Source: Octopus vulgaris (lineage: Eukaryota). From it: DNA of 64,000 bases. Position numbers and translations under genes: made by a program. The notes below the pieces were generated by a model. That model searched no databases and was not told the DNA's origin. It saw only the letters and a list, made by a program, of their open reading frames with translations. Each line of letters starts with the position of its first letter. Within the stretch, counting starts at the first letter, position 1. Positions 1-12,215 of this stretch are shown piece by piece. The stretch is taken from the NCBI GenBank assembly GCA_951406725.2, contig OX597835.1, positions 23,994,001-24,058,000 on the forward strand, written 5' to 3'.

Positions 1-124
1 AAGAATTTGGATATTGGTAAGACTTTACCATTACTGTTCTTAGGATATAGGGAAACAGCTCCACAGTTCTAAGACTGTGTATGACATATGTTTAAAAATA
101 CAATTAAAAAGTAAGGGTTTAAAT

Positions 125-400
125 CAGGGATTCTCAACCATTTTTTTTATCTATGGACCCCTTTTAGTACTATTTTATTCTTGTAGACCCCACCATAGCC
201 ATTCGATGTTTAAAAACTAGTTTTAAAGAAACTCCTTCCAAAATTATTATTTTGTTTCTTCACACATTAACTTGTGTAGGTTGAATTATGTAAAATGTTA
301 GAGAGAGAAACCCAGCTGTTTCCTGCAATACATAACCATAATTTTCTCTAATTTCTAAACTTTAAAGCAGAAATTTTTAAAAGGAAAACTTCCCATGCAA
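125..400 (+). mobile_element. hAT-like MITE fragment
   Basis: Starts CAGGGATTCTCAACC (hAT/Charlie-type terminus) with ggacccc subterminal motifs; second end not clear. Confidence 0.4.
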
Positions 401-439
401 ATTGCTCTGGGGATTTTCTATTATTAAAGTGACAATCTG

Positions 440-1000
440 ACAGAATCGTTACCGCATTGTATTTAGCTGCATTCCTTCCGGCTCTTTACGTTCTGAGTTT
501 TATCCTCTCGGGGTCGATAAAATAAGTACCAGCTGAGCACTGGGTTCGATATAATCGACTTAATCCGTTTTTCTGTCCTTGTTTGTCCCTTCTGTGTTTA
601 GCCCCTTGTATTTCGTCTGTCGCTACGTTCTGAGTTCAAATTCCGCCAAGATCGACTTTGCATTTCACCCTTTCGGGGTTGATAAAATAAAGAGCAGTGA
701 AACACTAGGGTCCATGCAATCGACAAGTTCCCTCCCCCAAAATTCCAGGCCTCGTGTCTTTAGTAGAAAGGATTATTTTATAAAGGGACAAGCTGGCAGA
801 TTCGTTAGCATGCCGAGCAAAATGCTCAGAGGCATTTCGTCCGTTTTTACGTTCCGAGTTCAAATTCCGCCGAGGTCGAATTTGCCTTTTATCCTTTCGG
901 GGTCGATAAAATAAGCATCAGTTAAGCACTGGAGCCGATGTAATCGACTAGTCCCCCTCTCACCAAATTTTAGATCTTGGGCCTATAGAAGAAAGGATTA
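440..1000 (+). mobile_element. Cluster of SINE-B copies (tRNA-derived head, Meta-like central domain)
   Basis: Repeated gctggcagaatcgttagc...gttcaaattccgccgaggtcgactttgcctttcatcctttcggggtcgataaaataagtacc blocks, found more than 20 times in the window. Confidence 0.85.
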
Positions 1001-1433
1001 TCATCATTTCATCTCAGGTGTTCGACAAAGTATAAAAAGAAAAATGTTGAGTAACGTTGACATAGTTCCACTGACATAAATGGAATAACGGCAATGCTGA
1101 CACGTTATCGCCAATAATTGAAGAAGGTGAGCTTCCTGAAACTAAAGTGCAAAGTGATCAATAAGATATCTTATGTAAACATTAAGAAAAAGGAGCTTCT
1201 AAGAGCTGCATAAGATTGTGAAATCATTCTTCACATTTCGTTGATTAAAATGCAACAGTTAAAAAATAGACAGAAAAAAAAAAAACTAATTAGAGGAGAA
1301 TCAAATGCCATGTAAGAGGAATATATGGTAAAAGAAAACACATTTTTAAAGCCATTCCTATCTCTAAGATTATTATATGTAGTGTGTAATATGCGGAATC
1401 GATTCTGACAGAATTCCAGCTCAGAACGGAAAG

Positions 1434-1930
1434 ACACGTGATTTTACAACACCAACAATAACAAAGTGACGTGATTACATTAACAACATCAACGTAGAGA
1501 TGTGATTACACATAACACATAGCTAGTCCCCAGGGGGCCCTCAGGATTCTAGGAGTCCAACTCTGATCTATGTGCCATGACTTGTCAATAATAAGTCTAT
1601 ACTATAAGGCCCAGTGCGTTGATTTGTGCCGGGTGGGAGCCTCGCATGTCTAGGAGCCCGATTTTGAACTTTGATGTGGTTTGCTGCCAATAAGTCCAAA
1701 GGGTCCAATGCATTGATCTGTCCGGGGACCTCACGGGTCTAGGAACCCAATTCTGATTTATGTATGCTGTCATATAAATACTATAGGGCCCAGTGCCTCG
1801 ATTTGCCCAGGGATCTATAAATATTGCTACGATTGCCCTGCACATAATAACAAAAGACTTGGTTGCATATAACAACAACATAGAGACGTGATTGCTTTAT
1901 AGCAACAACAAACAACTTGATTGCATTTAA
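1434..1930. repeat. Diverged minisatellites: ~30-bp acgtgattrca...aacaac units flanking three ~90-bp units
   Basis: acgtgatt/atgtgatt recurs about every 30 bp (also at 2344-2470); tctagga...gcccagtgc..gatttg recurs about every 90 bp at 1520-1820. Confidence 0.6.
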
Positions 1931-1939
1931 TAATCTTTT

Positions 1940-2260
1940 CTGCCTGAAATTTTGGGGAAGTGGCCTAGTTGCTTACATCGAACCCAGTACTGGATTGGTA
2001 CGTATTCCATCGAAAAGGGTAGTATTTGAATTCAGACCATAACGAATCGGAAGAAATACCTATTTCTTTATTACCCACAAGGGGCTAAACAGAGGGGACA
2101 AACAAGGACAGACATAGGTATTAAGTCGATTACATCGACCCCAGTGCGTAACTGGTACTTAATTTATCGACCTCGGCGGAATTTGAACTCAGAACGCAAT
2201 CGGAAGAAATACCGCTAAGCATTTTGTTAGGGTCACTAACGATTCTGCCAGCTTCGCCGC
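1940..2260 (-). mobile_element. SINE-B dimer (Tx1-like tail followed by a head-less second unit)
   Basis: Reverse complement of the SINE-B head at ~2260; junction gaaatac|ctatttctttattaccc at ~2058. Confidence 0.75.
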
Positions 2261-2277
2261 CGGCACCTTATATAATA

Positions 2278-2330
<53 letters not shown>

Positions 2331-2867
2331 CAGCAACACAAATACGTGAGTTCACGGCAACAATAACAAAGAAATGTGATTGCACATAACGTGGAAACGT
2401 GATTGATTAAACAACAAAGATGCGATTACACCTAACAACACCAGTAACAAACAACACGAGCCGTGGAAACGTGCCGCCAAAATGTATCGAGACAAGGATG
2501 GAATCAGTGATACTGCTTCGATAACATTAACACACAAGCAACAGAACACACACACACAGACATACCAACAAACCAACACACCAAATAACGAGGTAGCCTC
2601 AACAGACAATCAGACGGTCTGCTAGAAATGGCAGTCACATCTCCCTCAAAGCGCACACTACCGTCTTTAGCAAGATATAAGAAAAGATGGTTATGATCGG
2701 AACATCACTGATCGTAGATTCATTGTATCGGAGCTAAACAGAGAACGAACGAATATACACCACACACACAGGTGTGTGTGTGTGTGTGTGTGTTGAGTAA
2801 TCCTCTAGTTTAATGTTATTTGGGTTTTGTAACTTCACATAAAAATATAAATCATGTGTGTGTGTGC

Positions 2868-2971
2868 AGATAGACAGATAGATAGACGGATAGACAGATA
2901 GATAGACGGATAGATAGACGGATAGATAGACGGATAGATAGACAGATAGATAGATAGATAGATAGATAGAC

Positions 2972-3070
<99 letters not shown>

Positions 3071-3072
3071 CG

Positions 3073-3126
<54 letters not shown>

Positions 3127-3325
3127 CGGATAGATAGACAGATAGATAGACGGACAGACAGATAGATAGACAGACAGATAGATAGACAGAGATACAGATA
3201 GATAGATAGACAGATAGACGGACAGACAGATAGACAGAGATACAGATAGATAGACAGATAGACGGACAGACAGATAGACAGAGATAGATAGACAGATAGA
3301 CGGACAGACAGATAGACAGAGATAC

Positions 3326-3368
<43 letters not shown>
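2868..3368. repeat. (GATA/GACA)n and (GA)n microsatellite
   Basis: Direct reading. Confidence 0.95.
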
Positions 3369-3949
3369 TGTATGCTCGAAACGTCGACAACTCTCCTCTC
3401 ACCGAGCATCAAATTAATATATTGCTGGTGCACGTCCTCACGTTCGGTTTTTTCTCCTCTGTATTTTAATTGCTTGTTCTTTGAATTGAATACATATATA
3501 TATATATAATATATACACATACACACACAGACGTAACACTAATAAAGATCTGCTGTGTTGTCGAGACAAAGGAATGGTAGATGATGGAAGTCTCCGCATC
3601 AACCCACCGACCGCCCCATGGAATGATGATTGTCATTATTCCACTCGGTTTTGTTATTATCATTTATTATTACATTCATCGACAAAAATAACCGTCATTC
3701 CACAATTCATAATAGACATTATCAACACAGATAACGCTATCATCACACACACACACATACAAACTGACATTATCAATAAACAGTGAAACAGCAAGTACAG
3801 CAGTAACAGCAAGATTGCTGGTTCAAATCTCACATTGTCTTGTGTCTTTCACATTAAATATATATCCCTCAACAAGCTTTGTTTAATTTCTGTCTTGACT
3901 ATCAATTTGTTTCTTCCCTCCCCAACTATCCTTCTACTTATCAACCTAC

Positions 3950-3955
3950 CCATCA

Positions 3956-4018
<63 letters not shown>

Positions 4019-4292
4019 AATCTATCAACCTATCTATCAATCTATCTATCTATCAACCTATCTATCAATCTATCTATCAATCTATCAACCTATCTATCAA
4101 TCTATCTATCTATCAACCTATCTATCTATCAATCTATCTATCTATCAACCTATCTATCTATCAACCTATCTATCAACCTATCTATCTATCAACCTATCTA
4201 TCAATCTATCTATCTATCAACCTATCTATCAATCTATCTATCTATCTATCTATCTATCAATCTATCTATCTACCTACCTATCCATCCATCTA
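3950..4292. repeat. (TCTA)n microsatellite with periodic TCAA/CCTA variants
   Basis: Direct reading. Confidence 0.95.
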
Positions 4293-5929
4293 CCTTCTCA
4301 CCTTTCAACCTGTCAATATATCCTGTCATTCATACAGCCACCTCTCCATCCAGCAATCTGTTGATCAATGTATTTATTAAAACAGCTATCAATCCTTCTC
4401 TTTCTGTTATTAATCTCTCATGTAAAACACACGCACGCACGCACGACAACCGCGAAATCGCTATTCACAAATCACTATTCATTCAGAAACCGCGAAAAAC
4501 GCAAAACGAAGACAGCCACTACACAATTGTGACCACTACACAGTAATTATTATTATTATTATTTAGACACAGGTCAGTAACAATCTGGTTGACCTATGCT
4601 TAAAGTTGTTCTCGCTATGAACATCTCGTCTTTTATTTATTGTATTCAAGACTACAGTATCAAAAGTAACGAACATGTTTTTTCTTTCAAGGCAGAACGG
4701 TGTGATTTGAAGGATATTTGACTGCCATTTTCAGCAGGTCGAACGACTACGTATTGTATGTGTAGTAAATATTTTATATCGTTGTAGAGGTTCGAAATCA
4801 CTCGAAGTAATGAGTACCTTTTAGTTGTTCAAACCCCGGGTCAACCCTGACTTAGCATACCTATTCTCGAAAGCGTTCCAGCCTAGACCACCTCTCTCTT
4901 TCTCTCTTTTTTTTCTCCGGTCATAGGGAAATAAGCACCACATTATCCAACGTGTGTGTGTGTGTGTGTGTTTTCCGATTAAAAGACGGCAGGTACGTGT
5001 GTGTGTGACTGATTTAAGGTAGAATTGGCTGCTACTTCTAGCAGATCGGAGGAACAGCGTTGCATGATATAGGGGGAAAGAAGGGGTGGGGGGGATAACT
5101 ATCAATTAAATTATGAAAGCAACACGAGCAGTGTGTGTGTGTGTATATACAACACGCTCGAACGTACAGTGTGCATGTTAGTATATATGTGTATGTGTGT
5201 GTATTTTGTTACATACACATGAATTTGAATGAATGAATGAAAATATAGATATATATACTTGCTGAGTCTAGAGAATGGTGTTTGCGTGTGTATATGTACA
5301 TATATATATACACACACACACACGTATGTACATACATACATATATAAGCTCAAACAGAAAATGTCATATATATATATATATATATAATTCAACACACAGT
5401 CGTGCTCCAGCATGGCACTAGTTTAAAACGAAGTAAAGTATGACAGTATATGCCCTCTCTCTCTCTCACACACACACACACATAACATACATACTCATCT
5501 CTAAGGGCCACTCAGTTACACGCAACGGTAAAAAAATATATACATGCGTTCAATTTATGTTCGTATATGCATGTATGTATACGTCTGTGTGTTCGTGTTC
5601 TTTAGTTCGAGCTAGTGGCACCCGCTAAGACCATGTTGGAGCACATGTGAATGCCCACATGTATGTGTAGCAAATAATTATGTCTGTGCGAGGTTACTTA
5701 TTTGTAACTAGCAACAGGAAAGCTTCAGATAAAATGCTATATCTGATAAAATACATCCATACACATTTTAAAGTTTGTGTTTGTATGCGTATATATGGAG
5801 GATATATAGATAGAATAGATGGATGGACAGAGAGAAAGATAGCTACATACATGAATATATAGAAAGATAGATAAATACATACATGGATAGATAGAAAGAG
5901 ATACATACATGGACAGATAGAAAGATAGG

Positions 5930-6151
5930 TGCATACATACAGTGATAGATAGAAAGATAGAAGCATACATACATTGATAGATAGATAGATAGAAGCATAC
6001 ATACATTGATAGATAGATAGATAGAAGCATACATACATTGATAGATAGATAGATAGATAGAAGCATACATACATTGATAGATAGATAGATAGATAGAAGC
6101 ATACATACATTGATAGATAGATAGATAGATAGATAGAAGCATACATACATT

Positions 6152-6183
<32 letters not shown>

Positions 6184-6260
6184 CATACATTGATAGATAG
6201 ATACATACATACATATATTGATAGATGCATACATACATTGATAGATAGAAAGATAGATAC
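5930..6260. repeat. Compound minisatellite aagcatacatacatt(gata)n, ~7 units
   Basis: Unit of 32-40 bp built from CATA and GATA blocks. Confidence 0.9.
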
Positions 6261-7599
6261 ATAGACGGGTAGACAGGTAGATAAAACTGGAACAGGTGCA
6301 GGAATACTGAAGAAAAGAGGAGAGGGTTGTGAAATGCATGTTTAAGGAAAACAATATGCAAATACACACACACACGTATAGGTAGAGATATATATTACAA
6401 AACATGGATAGCACAAATGTCTCTTGGACTATATATGTATGCCAAATTTTGGTATAACGCTCCATTGTATTTACCTCCACAATTAATAGTTGTGTGCTGT
6501 GGCCGAATTCTTTCCATTCTGTCATCTGGCGCAGTGGAATCACTTGTTTGGCAATTGCCGTCCATATTCTTGGTGGTCCGATTCTCCAGTTCTGGTGTGA
6601 CTCGGTTCGACATTTAATCAAAATTCTTCAAATACAAACTATATATAGGGAGATATATATATATGTATGTGTTATATGTATATATCAATATTTATGTATA
6701 TACATATGTGTGTTTATGTTTACGCTATTGGAGTGGATGTACGTACGTATTAATCGATAGATAAATAAACAGATATTTATGTAGAGAGAGAGAGAAGGAA
6801 AATATTTGTTGCTGCTACACCGGAACGAGCAGTAATGTTAGTCTTGATAACAATGTTTAAAGTAAAATAGGATAAAAGGAAAAAGCAAGCAGGCGACTCT
6901 GCCAAGAATTGCGGGAAAAACGTCTCGCGAAAGAAATTTGGAAATGGGTGATTAGGTGAGGTTTGAGGGAGGAGAAGGAGGTGACGATAGAATAAGTGTT
7001 TGCGTGTGAGTGATAGAGTGATAGAGTAAGCGGAGTCGAGAGAGGGAGAGAGGGACTAAGGTAAAAGGAAGTGAAAATGAGAGAGGGTGATACAGAAAGG
7101 TGAAGAAAAGGTAGATAAGATTGACATGAAATAGATAAGATAAATAAATAGAAAGAGAGATAGATAAATAGAGAGAGAGGGGGGGAGAGAAATTGTCTTA
7201 TAAAATGTGAGAGGTAGTGCTTTACTGGGGCTGAGGGAGGAGGAGTGTGGTATAGTATCAAACGAGATAGAGTGGAAGTTAGGAAACAAGAGAGAAAGGA
7301 ATACGCGAGAGTGAAGGGGTCGGAAGGGAAACGAGAGTGAGAGAGGGTGACAGAGGAAAAGAAATAATGTAGGTGAGAGGGGTGACAAAAAAATATATGA
7401 GAAAAGTAGAGAGAGTGAGGGAGGGAAGAGTGTGAGAGGGAGAGGTGTTGATACATCGAGAGAGAGGGTGAGGGTTAGAGAAATAAAGAGAGTGACAGAG
7501 AATAAAAGGTGTATGAGAGGGAGGTAGAGTGGGATGTTAGTCCAAAGAAAAAGAAAGAGAGATGGAAGATCCTTATCAAGAAGATTGATAATATCAATA

Positions 7600-7622
7600 G
7601 GTAGATAGACAGACAGACAGAC

Positions 7623-7709
<87 letters not shown>

Positions 7710-7753
7710 TAGATAGATAGACAGGCAGGCAGATAGATAGATAGATAGATAGT

Positions 7754-7789
<36 letters not shown>

Positions 7790-7810
7790 TTGATAGATAG
7801 ACAGGCAGAC

Positions 7811-7869
<59 letters not shown>

Positions 7870-7886
7870 TAGATAGATAGATAGAT
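7600..7886. repeat. (GATA/GACA)n microsatellite
   Basis: Direct reading; abuts the LINE 3' tail. Confidence 0.95.
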
Positions 7887-8540
7887 ATGTTTCTTTATTA
7901 ACCACACAGGGCTACACACAGACAGGACAAAATTACAAGCTAGAGCTTTTCTTTTGGGGGTAAAAGAAGGGGGTTTGGTTTTCAATCAAAAGGGATCGTA
8001 AATGGAAAGAAAGGGGGAGATAAAATAAAATTTTAAAAAAGGGTGGGGGGAAAAAAATTTGATCAATAGGGATCGTTATCACAGAAATGTCAATATGAAG
8101 TGTAAAGGGGAGGACAGGTGAGGTTTACCCGTGGAAAGAAAAGCCTACGGAAAAGACCACGGTAACCTCGGTCAATGAAGTCACATGTTATATTTCTTTC
8201 TTTTTTTTTTTTTGCAAATAAGCAACTCTCTGTATTAATTTTTATGGTTCATAGAATCATAGTCAAATGGCTTTGTCATTCATCTATGCCATCCTTGCTA
8301 CATTCACCCATCTTTTTTTAAAACATTCACTAGACAAAACTTGCCTCTCTACTCTCACTTTCCTCTTCAAGTGATACTTGAAGAAGTTGATGAGAGATTG
8401 ACCAGAGAGGAAAGTGTTTGTCTCTAATCCTTTCAGGCACGTCCACCAGATACATTCTTTCGCCATACTGCAGATGGATTCATCGACAGGAAGAAAGCTG
8501 CCAAGAGGGGGGAGGGTAGCACCATGCTGCAAATGAACAA
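7885..8540 (-). mobile_element. 5'-truncated Tx1/L1-like LINE (ORF2 C-terminus and 3'UTR)
   Basis: ORF 8284-8628: ...MAKECIWWTCLKGLETNTFLSGQSLINFFKYHLKRKVRVERQVLSSECFKKRW resembles L1/Tx1 ORF2 C-terminal AK..IW..R motif; ends ...agccctgtgtggttaataaagaaacata at the (TCTA)n tract. Confidence 0.65.
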
Positions 8541-8956
8541 ATGATTTTGTTGTTGTTGTTGTTACAATGACAGAATCGTTAAATATTGAACCAAATGTTG
8601 AAAAGTAAACATTTAGTTCCAAATACATATGTTCTAAGTTCGAATCCTGAAAAGGCCAACATTACCTTTCATTAATTGGGGCCAAACCATCATGTATTAG
8701 GTTTAATTCTATCCATTTCACTGCCACTCCATTGGTTCCTGCAAATTTGTTGTTTTGGATTGACAACAGCTCTTTATGTTCTGTGTTCAAACCTTGCCAA
8801 GGTCAACATCTTTGTCTTTCATCTCTTTGGGGGTTGATGAAGTAAAGTACAAGTCACGTGTGAATAAGGCCAGATTCAGCACTATAGAGGCCCTAAGCAC
8901 TTAAATGATTTTGGTGCCCCATATATAATTCAAAATACAAACAATAAAATAATAAT

Positions 8957-9028
<72 letters not shown>

Positions 9029-9029
9029 T

Positions 9030-9230
9030 AATTCTTTTATTGGCCACAAGGGCTGACAAAAATCAATTATTACGTAAAGAGACAAAAACAGGACGAAAGT
9101 TACAAAAGGGTTTTGTCCGTTTGTGAAATCGAGTAAAAAACAGTTTAACAATGAAAAGATTATAACAACAAAGGTTCCTGGTGGAAAAAACCCATAAAAG
9201 CCAATGGGAGCCTGGTCAAAAGGGGGTAGT
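9030..9230 (-). mobile_element. LINE 3'UTR fragment, Tx1-like tail
   Basis: Minus strand ends tcagcccttgtggccaataaaagaa, similar to the tail at 7885. Confidence 0.5.
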
Positions 9231-9239
9231 AATAATAAG

Positions 9240-9453
9240 CATTTCTACTGGAGGCAGAAAGCCTCAAATTTGTGGGAAGGGGACTAGTCAATTACATTGA
9301 CCCCAGTGTTTCACTGGTACTTTATTTATTGACCCCTGAAAGGATGAAAGGCAAAGTTGACCTCGGTGGAATCTGAACTCAGAATGTAGCAATGGGCAAA
9401 ATACCTCTAAGCTTTTCTTCCAGCATGCTAACAATTCTGCCAGCTCACCACTT

Positions 9454-9501
<48 letters not shown>

Positions 9502-9740
9502 AATTTGATATTATAATAATAATAATAATAATAATAATGGTTTCAAATTTTGCCACAAAGGCAGCAATTTTGGTGGGGGGAGTCAATTCATCAACCCCAG
9601 TGTTTAACTGGTACTTATTTTATTGACCCTGAAAGGATGAAAGGTAAAGTCGACCTTGGCAGAATTTGAACTCAGGGCATACCAACAGGGGAAATACTGT
9701 TAAGCATTTCATCCAGTATGCTAATGATTCTGCCAGCTTG
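9240..9740 (-). mobile_element. Two older SINE-B copies
   Basis: gaccctgaaaggatgaaaggcaaagttgacc...ctgccagct at 9240-9452 and 9538-9740. Confidence 0.8.
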
Positions 9741-9752
9741 TAGAATAACAAT

Positions 9753-10307
9753 ACCCTGATGCCATACCAGGCAGAGGCTCTCGTGGCTTCTGATCTTAAC
9801 TGATTGGAAGTGTTATCATGTACATTGTTTTGTCTTGGTATAAAAGATGGGTTACAGCAAATATTCTGCTCAATACCACAGATGTGCTTTTCAGTTGTTT
9901 GACCTTAACCAGTTGAGCATGTCCCTTAGTGGCTGACAATATGTGCATCTCTGATCACAAACAGAAGTAGTGAAGGAGCATCAAAGCCATGTGTTGAGAA
10001 GAATTCTTTGGGGTTTGAATAATTCACCTCTGGAAACATGGCTGTTTCATTCATCATCCTTAAACAAACCTTATTCAGGAACCTTTTGAGTGGGATGAGC
10101 TACTCGACGTGAAGTAAATTCTAACTGGGCCCCACCTGCAAAGTCATGCACTGTTTATCGTGATATCAGATCACCATGTCACTCACATATGGTTGTGATG
10201 CATGTGCCTGGTGAACCCTTATCAGATGGGTAGTCATGATGGGTATACTAGGCTTCGTGTATTTGTGCCCCAGTGTCACTTTGATGGCATGCCCTGTTCT
10301 TTCACTC

Positions 10308-10308
<1 letters not shown>
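9753..10308 (+). mobile_element. ~550-bp non-coding interspersed element flanked by (AAT)n
   Basis: Second copy in reverse orientation at 35834-36322, also embedded in (ATT)n. Confidence 0.8.
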
Positions 10309-10360
<52 letters not shown>

Positions 10361-10361
<1 letters not shown>

Positions 10362-10637
10362 TCAGATACCAGGAAACCCCAAAATGGCAGAAATTCAAAA
10401 GATAGTGCTCATGGGAACTGCTCATATCCTACGCAAAATACTTTCTATGGAATCTCAAGGTTTAAAACAAACATTTTTTTTTTTTTTAGACATTCACTAG
10501 TACAACACCAAAAAAAGCCCCAAATATATGGCACTCTAGGCATAACAACAACGTGAACTTCCAACCTGTTGTCTCTTGAGGTCTCTGGGTGAGACTTGGA
10601 GCCAACTTGTACAAATATAAAGCAAAAGTCAAACATA

Positions 10638-10640
<3 letters not shown>
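10361..10640 (+). mobile_element. R4/Dong-like (RLE) LINE 3' end within (AAT)n
   Basis: Translates QIPGNPKMAEIQKIVLMGTAHILRKILS, the typical QK..LLGTA.ILRK.L terminus of RLE retrotransposons. Confidence 0.75.
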
Positions 10641-10700
<60 letters not shown>

Positions 10701-10956
10701 ACTGATTGTATACAGTGCTCAGATGCACCACAACCCATCAGAAAAAGTAGCTAAAAGTGCATTGACAATACTTAGAATATGCATAGGAAGTGAAACAGTG
10801 AAAAAAGTCTTCCAAAAAAGAAAAAAAACAAAAAAGAAATGGAAGAAAAATAAACCATAAAATAAATTTCTATTTTGCAAATGAAACAAAATTAAAAGTT
10901 CAATGAAAAATACTATTTATTTTTGTATACGTCCTCTTTATGACAATGCCCTTTAA

Positions 10957-11177
10957 CCCTTTAGCATTTAATCCGGCCATATCTGGCCCAAATAATCCAT
11001 CTGTTTTATGTTAAAACTGTCTGGATCCAACCTCTCACACCTACCCTACAATGTCATTTAAAAAAAATATAGCCACACCATTTAAATTTTGAAGCTGCAA
11101 AATAATATGTGATTAATTCAAAAACAGTATGGATAAATAAGCAATAAATTTCACAAAGAAATCTGAATGCTAAAGGG
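10957..11177. mobile_element. piggyBac-like MITE, 221 bp
   Basis: TTAA target duplication (10953-56 and 11178-81); TIRs CCCTTTAGCATT / AATGCTAAAGGG. Confidence 0.85.
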
Positions 11178-11409
11178 TTAAGCTCCGTTTAACATAAACA
11201 AGTGGTGTGCGTAATACCTTGTTTCCTTTTATAAGTGAAAGGAAACGTGATTTCTTTTCCTTTCTCCTTTTAAAAAACAATTACAGTCACTACTTATCCA
11301 CTTTATTGGTGCTTGAAAAGTTTTCTCCTCCCTTTTTCAGTTGCAGAGTCTTTCATCAGATCCTCCCTATGACACCACAAACACTTTAAAATTATATTTC
11401 TGGTTGCAT

Positions 11410-11551
11410 AAACCACTTCAAATATTATCTTAGCAACTGTAAAGTGATTTCTTTTGGGGCTGTTAACCATTTAACGTTTCTGTGGTGCCCTCCACTTCCT
11501 TTGATTCCCTTAGCACATGCTTATTTTGTTTAATGCATTAATCTAGCACTG
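11410..11551 (-). mobile_element. DNA-transposon end fragment (CAGTGCTAGATT terminus)
   Basis: Reverse complement of 14929-15075. Confidence 0.6.
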
Positions 11552-11609
11552 GTATGTATGTTTGTATGTATGTATTATGTGTGTGTGTGCATGTTTGTGT
11601 GTTTACATG

Positions 11610-11642
<33 letters not shown>

Positions 11643-12040
11643 AACATGATGTGTATGACACTTATAATGTATACACAAACATAACTCGGTATTAAATAAT
11701 CACTATTTAACAATTGACATGTGTGTAAGAATCGAGGTGTATGTATGAATGTGTGACATATGTGACCAAGAAATACTGGAATATGGCATCCAAATAAGAC
11801 ACATATTGCTTAATGGTTAATCCAGCACAGATGTCTCTTGTTGCGGAGGAGACACATGGTTATCCCAGTTGCAAAAGAGAAAGTGGTGGCGATGACATCA
11901 ATCAGGGTGTACCTTCAAGATACATGAAGATGAATATAAGTGTTACAGAGGACTGGACATGGTGAGTGTGTAGGTAAGGTAGACACAATGCTAGCAGTTA
12001 TGAAGGAAAGAAGCTAATCAAGTACTTTAACTCTCATATA

Positions 12041-12215
12041 CAGGACTACATTCAGCCCCATGGATGCCCTAAGCTCTTAAAAAATTTTGGAGCACCCATA
12101 TGTATGTATTTCAAAATTTAAACAATGATAAACCATAAAATAGTTTTTCATTTTTCAATATGAAACAAAACTGTAAGACAGAAAATAATGTTTGTTTTTG
12201 TATACTTCCTTGTTA
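12041..12215 (+). mobile_element. hAT-like element fragment (uninterrupted copy)
   Basis: caggactacattcagc...gccctaagc; homologous to 8868-8950 and 10850-10945. Confidence 0.55.

Larger units (their letters stand above)
8868..10945 (+). mobile_element. hAT-like non-autonomous element split by ~1.9 kb of nested insertions
   Basis: 8868-8950 plus 10850-10945 together align to the contiguous copy at 12041-12215. Confidence 0.6.

Noticed and set aside
1018-1170. Possible + strand terminal exon after catctcag
   Set aside because: Only ~20 codons are open from the acceptor and there is no recognisable homology
6395-6621. Overlapping ORFs in unique-looking sequence
   Set aside because: No recognisable domain; GPPRIW...EWKEF resembles a decayed RTE-type C-terminus
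6940-7570. Purine-rich tract with long minus-strand ORFs
   Set aside because: Decayed (GA)n low-complexity sequence
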